This document shows, one piece after another, positions 60,341-64,000 of a DNA stretch of 64,000 nt (positions within the stretch are counted from its first letter, which is position 1; each line of letters begins with the position of its first letter). A program made the position numbers and the translations under genes. Origin of the DNA: Chara braunii (lineage: Eukaryota; Plantae; Charophyceae). A model generated the notes under the pieces. It was not told the origin of the DNA. It made no database searches and saw only the letters and a list, made by a program, of their open reading frames with translations. The stretch covers positions 7,661,020-7,725,019 of the forward strand of contig BFEA01000003.1 of the NCBI GenBank assembly GCA_003427395.1, read 5' to 3'.

Positions 60341-62855
60341 AACCTGGTGGTTGGTCTCACGCTACTTCCATCAATGAGATGAACAAAATCAAATGAATCT
60401 ACCGCTAGAACATGGAAGTATACACTACTACCTGTGTGTGCGAGTAGGATGAGCATAATTGGAACGAATCTTAAGCCAGATACAGGCGCGCTCACATCAA
60501 CTGAGCTCATTTTGTTTTTTCTCTTCTTTTTTCCCCTCTTTTTCCCTTCAGATTTTCTTTAGATTTTTTTTTCCTTCTTCGTTTTTTTTTGTTTCCCCTG
60601 CATAGTGGTACTACCTATTTGCGCCCGTTCGTTCTTGAAACAGACTGCAGACCTTGGGCACGCTCGAACCTGGCGCCGTAGAAGGCCTAATGAGCTTGAT
60701 ACTAGTTTCACTCTGTGACGTGACTTGGCTGGGAGGGAGGCTGCTCGTTTCCGAAAACGAGTTGCCCCTCCCAGGGAAAACGAGGAGTAAAAAAAAAAGA
60801 AGAAAAAAAGAGAAAGAAGGAGAAAAGGAAAGAAAAAAAGAAAAAACGACCGTGAACTTGATCGCAGTCGTGGGATAGGTGCAGGGGTTGGAAGGTTCTG
60901 GCAGGGGGAAAATACTGCAATTGTTGATTTTGAACAGGTTGCAACAAATCGCTGAATATAACCATTTTCAGGAGCATGTGGCCTATCAGAAAGTCCAGAT
61001 GCTTCTAGGTATTCAGGATCTTGGTTCCCTGAAGGGAACATTAAGATTCCTAGCCCTTGATCGTGGCTCGGATCAAGGGCCAAGGCTTGTTACGAATTAT
61101 GGTTGAGGGCAAAGCAGCTGCCCACAACCATCGACTGGCTATAAAAGTCAGCAGCCCACAAACTTTCTCTCACAGATATTGAGGCTATGATGTTGCTCAC
61201 TTGCACTTCAAGTGCAAGTTGAGCTCCATCACATTGTGTGGGGTGGTGCTGATGGAGAGGAGGGATAGGAAGTGTTGTTGGAGACGAGAGTGGAGATCTG
61301 CAGGGTGAGGGGAGACGTTGCTGGAGGAGGACAAGCCGGGACAGTCATAGCCAAGGGTTGAAGGCTCTCTGCCCACCCTCGTGTTGCTGCTGTGGCGGTA
61401 AGGCTGCGTCAGGGTTGGATGGTGCAGCAAGCAGCAAGGGTTTGTCAGGGTTTTTGCTGCCGAAATAACGGCGCGGCTGCAACAATAATTTTCAGAAGGA
61501 GGTGTTGTCTGACAGCAACAACGTTATTTTTGTTCGGGTTATACTGTCCGGTTGGCGGCACTATAGTGAGGGAAAATGTTGTCGATTTTTTGCGTCGCAG
61601 TGAAGCCGTTTTGTTTTTATGTATGATATGGCGATGGTGTTGTCAGACAACTTGAACCATGGTACTAGTTTTAACGGCGTTCGCGTGGCAGTTCCGCAAT
61701 TTTATTTTTTTTGAGGTGCGCGGCGGTTATGGTGGATCCCAGTGTGGCCTAGAGGATGGGCTAGCGTTGGTGGACGGTTGGGATCGTGCGACATTGGTGT
61801 GTGGACCGGAGGCATGAAGAAAGTGCGGAGTGAGTGCACACGACAGTAGGCATTGGGGCTCCCGACACATGCGGTTTTGAGCCAGGGCCACCTTTATTTG
61901 TTTTTGCTACGTGCGGAGCGACGCTCTTAAGCTCGGGACGGACATGTTGATGTGACTATTGTGAGCAGATGTGGTGCTAGGAGGCGGCATGGACTTTGTG
62001 GTTGGTTTAAGACCGTCTTGGGGGACATGGTGCCATTGGGACTGTGTTGGGACCAACTTGAAGTTGGGATGCGGGTGGTTGTTGAGGCTATCTTATGTGA
62101 ACGTCGTGATTGGAGGAGGTTAGGACTAAAGCTAATTTGGGATAATCCTGAAAGTTGTAGTGCAATTGGGGTTATTCGGGATTTTGGATCACAATGGGCT
62201 TATTTTTGGGGGCACCCTCCTAGAGGGTTATCTCATTCAGACATTTCGGTGGACCCAACTTTTGTGCGATCAGACACTTGGAGAAAGTGTCGAACCATGG
62301 TTCAATGGAACAGCCATTAGTTGTGGGGTTGTGAGCCGACTTCCTTGAGTGAGCCGGATCAAACTTCACTCAAGTTCAGTTGATTGATTCAAATTTCCCT
62401 TCACACCTGTGTGAACCCATACTTTGCTTAACCCTCTTCATTTTGAATGTTCGAAAGAAAAGGCAGAGGAAAGATGTGCGAGTCATGCATGTGAATGAAA
62501 ATGATTGACTTTAGGTATGTTTTTTTTTTGCGTGTTTTCTTAAACTTGTTTGCTTTGGATTGGTGTGCAGGTGCGTAGAAAAATGCTTGCAAAGGAGATT
62601 GATTATGCATATTTGAGATGAAAAAAATGATTGTCCTCTTTCTCTCTTTCGCCTGCCTGCATGTTAAAAACGTTTGTATTTTGAAATGAATATTTTCAAC
62701 GGGTACCGTGAAAGGAAATTTGTGAATATAATGAAGATGTAGATAATCAGACTTAGTTTTTTCCCGAGGATTGACCTTTTCTATCTCGAATGACCTATCT
62801 ACATATACCTATCGAAATGGTTCTCAGTCTTTATTTCTTCTGATTTTTTCGTCTA

Positions 62856-63297
62856 AGTTACCTTGAACTTAGGAGAAATGAAAATAGCTGAAAGCTACCC
62901 GCAGTGGATAAATTATGTTTCTCTAGGAAGCATTTGAGCGAGGGTTCGTTGCTTCACGAGTCGGCCCTGTTATCAACCCATAGTGGACCGTGTTACGGGG
63001 GGGTACTTGTCGATTCGATGGAGACAGTCCGACTTTTGAGAACCGAACTCTGTGTTCGGGCAAGGATCTCTTCTGATTATTTTCATCCAAGTTACCTTGA
63101 ACTTAGGAGAAATGAAAATAATTGAAAGTTACCCGCAGTGGATAAATTATCTTTCTCTAGGAAGAATCTGAGCGGGGGTTCGTTGCTTCAGGAGTCGCCC
63201 TTATTATCGATCCATAGTGGACCGTTCTACGGGGGGGTACTTGCCGATTCAATGGAGACAGTCCGACTTCTGAGATCCGAGCTCTGTGCTTGGGCGA
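62856..63297. repeat. ~234-bp tandem duplication
   Basis: aagttaccttgaacttaggagaaatgaaaata at ~62856 and ~63089; an internal piece also resembles 38502-38536. Confidence 0.88.
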
Positions 63298-64000
63298 GGA
63301 GGAGGAGTACCCCAGACCACTTCCTAGAGGGAGAGACATGTAACACTTCAAGTAGTGCACATGATCAAGAATCATTCGCAAAGCAGTCTGTCATCCAATA
63401 CGATTAGGAATGTGTGAAGATATTGTCTAATCTTAAGTCGGCGGTAGGTGGAATGAATGATTTTGGCATCACGTCTCATCAAGTCAAAATTAAGGTGGCC
63501 TGATTACCTTGTCGGTTGCGTCATGATTAATATCAAAGTCAACTCCCCGTTGGCGATTTAGTAATTTATTTATTGAGTTCGACTCAACGTGCCCGGGTTT
63601 TATTTTGATATTGTGTTATTGGATGTTTCATATGATGATTCAAATTTTTTTAGTTATCATTTCAGATTGGATATACCTTCCTATCGACTACGGTCGATTC
63701 CCTTTTACGTAACTATGTATGATGATTATTTTTATTTTTTTACTATGTGCCTAAGCAACTAGGATGCATTATGGTTCCTCGCTTGGTTGAGACCATCCTA
63801 GTCGACGTACGTCCGGTTCATGCTTAAGAGATCAGCACCCTAAGGAACAAAAGACGCTCGGGTCCACTTGGCGTTAACCAAGCGTATTATACTACAACGA
63901 AGGAGCAAATGCGAAAAGACGATGTGACCACGCTTGTCTCGATGGTACGTTGTCGGTACGAATACCCTTACAAGGGTATCCGCCCTGGTTTTTGCAAGCG

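Overview
Eukaryotic, repeat-dominated nuclear DNA with four assembly gaps. It is probably from a streptophyte alga such as Chara; this is an inference from the plastid rps8 fragment and a mitochondrial cox2 fragment with an intron at position 104. No intact host gene is visible. The window contains: a decayed Ty3/Gypsy chromovirus (1.8-5.5 kb, minus); a 2.6-kb (CTCTA)n satellite holding a plastid rps8 fragment; a retroposed 18S rRNA 3' end with A-tail and TSD; stacks of non-LTR retroelements repeatedly inserted at one GTCAGTCCGGTTCC site; a near full-length L1/Tx1-like LINE (21.4-30.7 kb, minus) whose endonuclease is split by mitochondrial cox2 intron/exon DNA; a ~590-bp foldback; a tRNA-like SINE head; an isolated bromodomain exon; an LSU rRNA fragment; and two diverged copies of a long LTR-like sequence. 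The most unusual feature is at 48278-49026, inside the putative ~4-kb LTR. It is an array of ten ~31-nt hairpin repeats with a near-invariant CTAAGTT loop and co-varying stems, separated by largely unique spacers: a CRISPR-like architecture in a eukaryotic retroelement.
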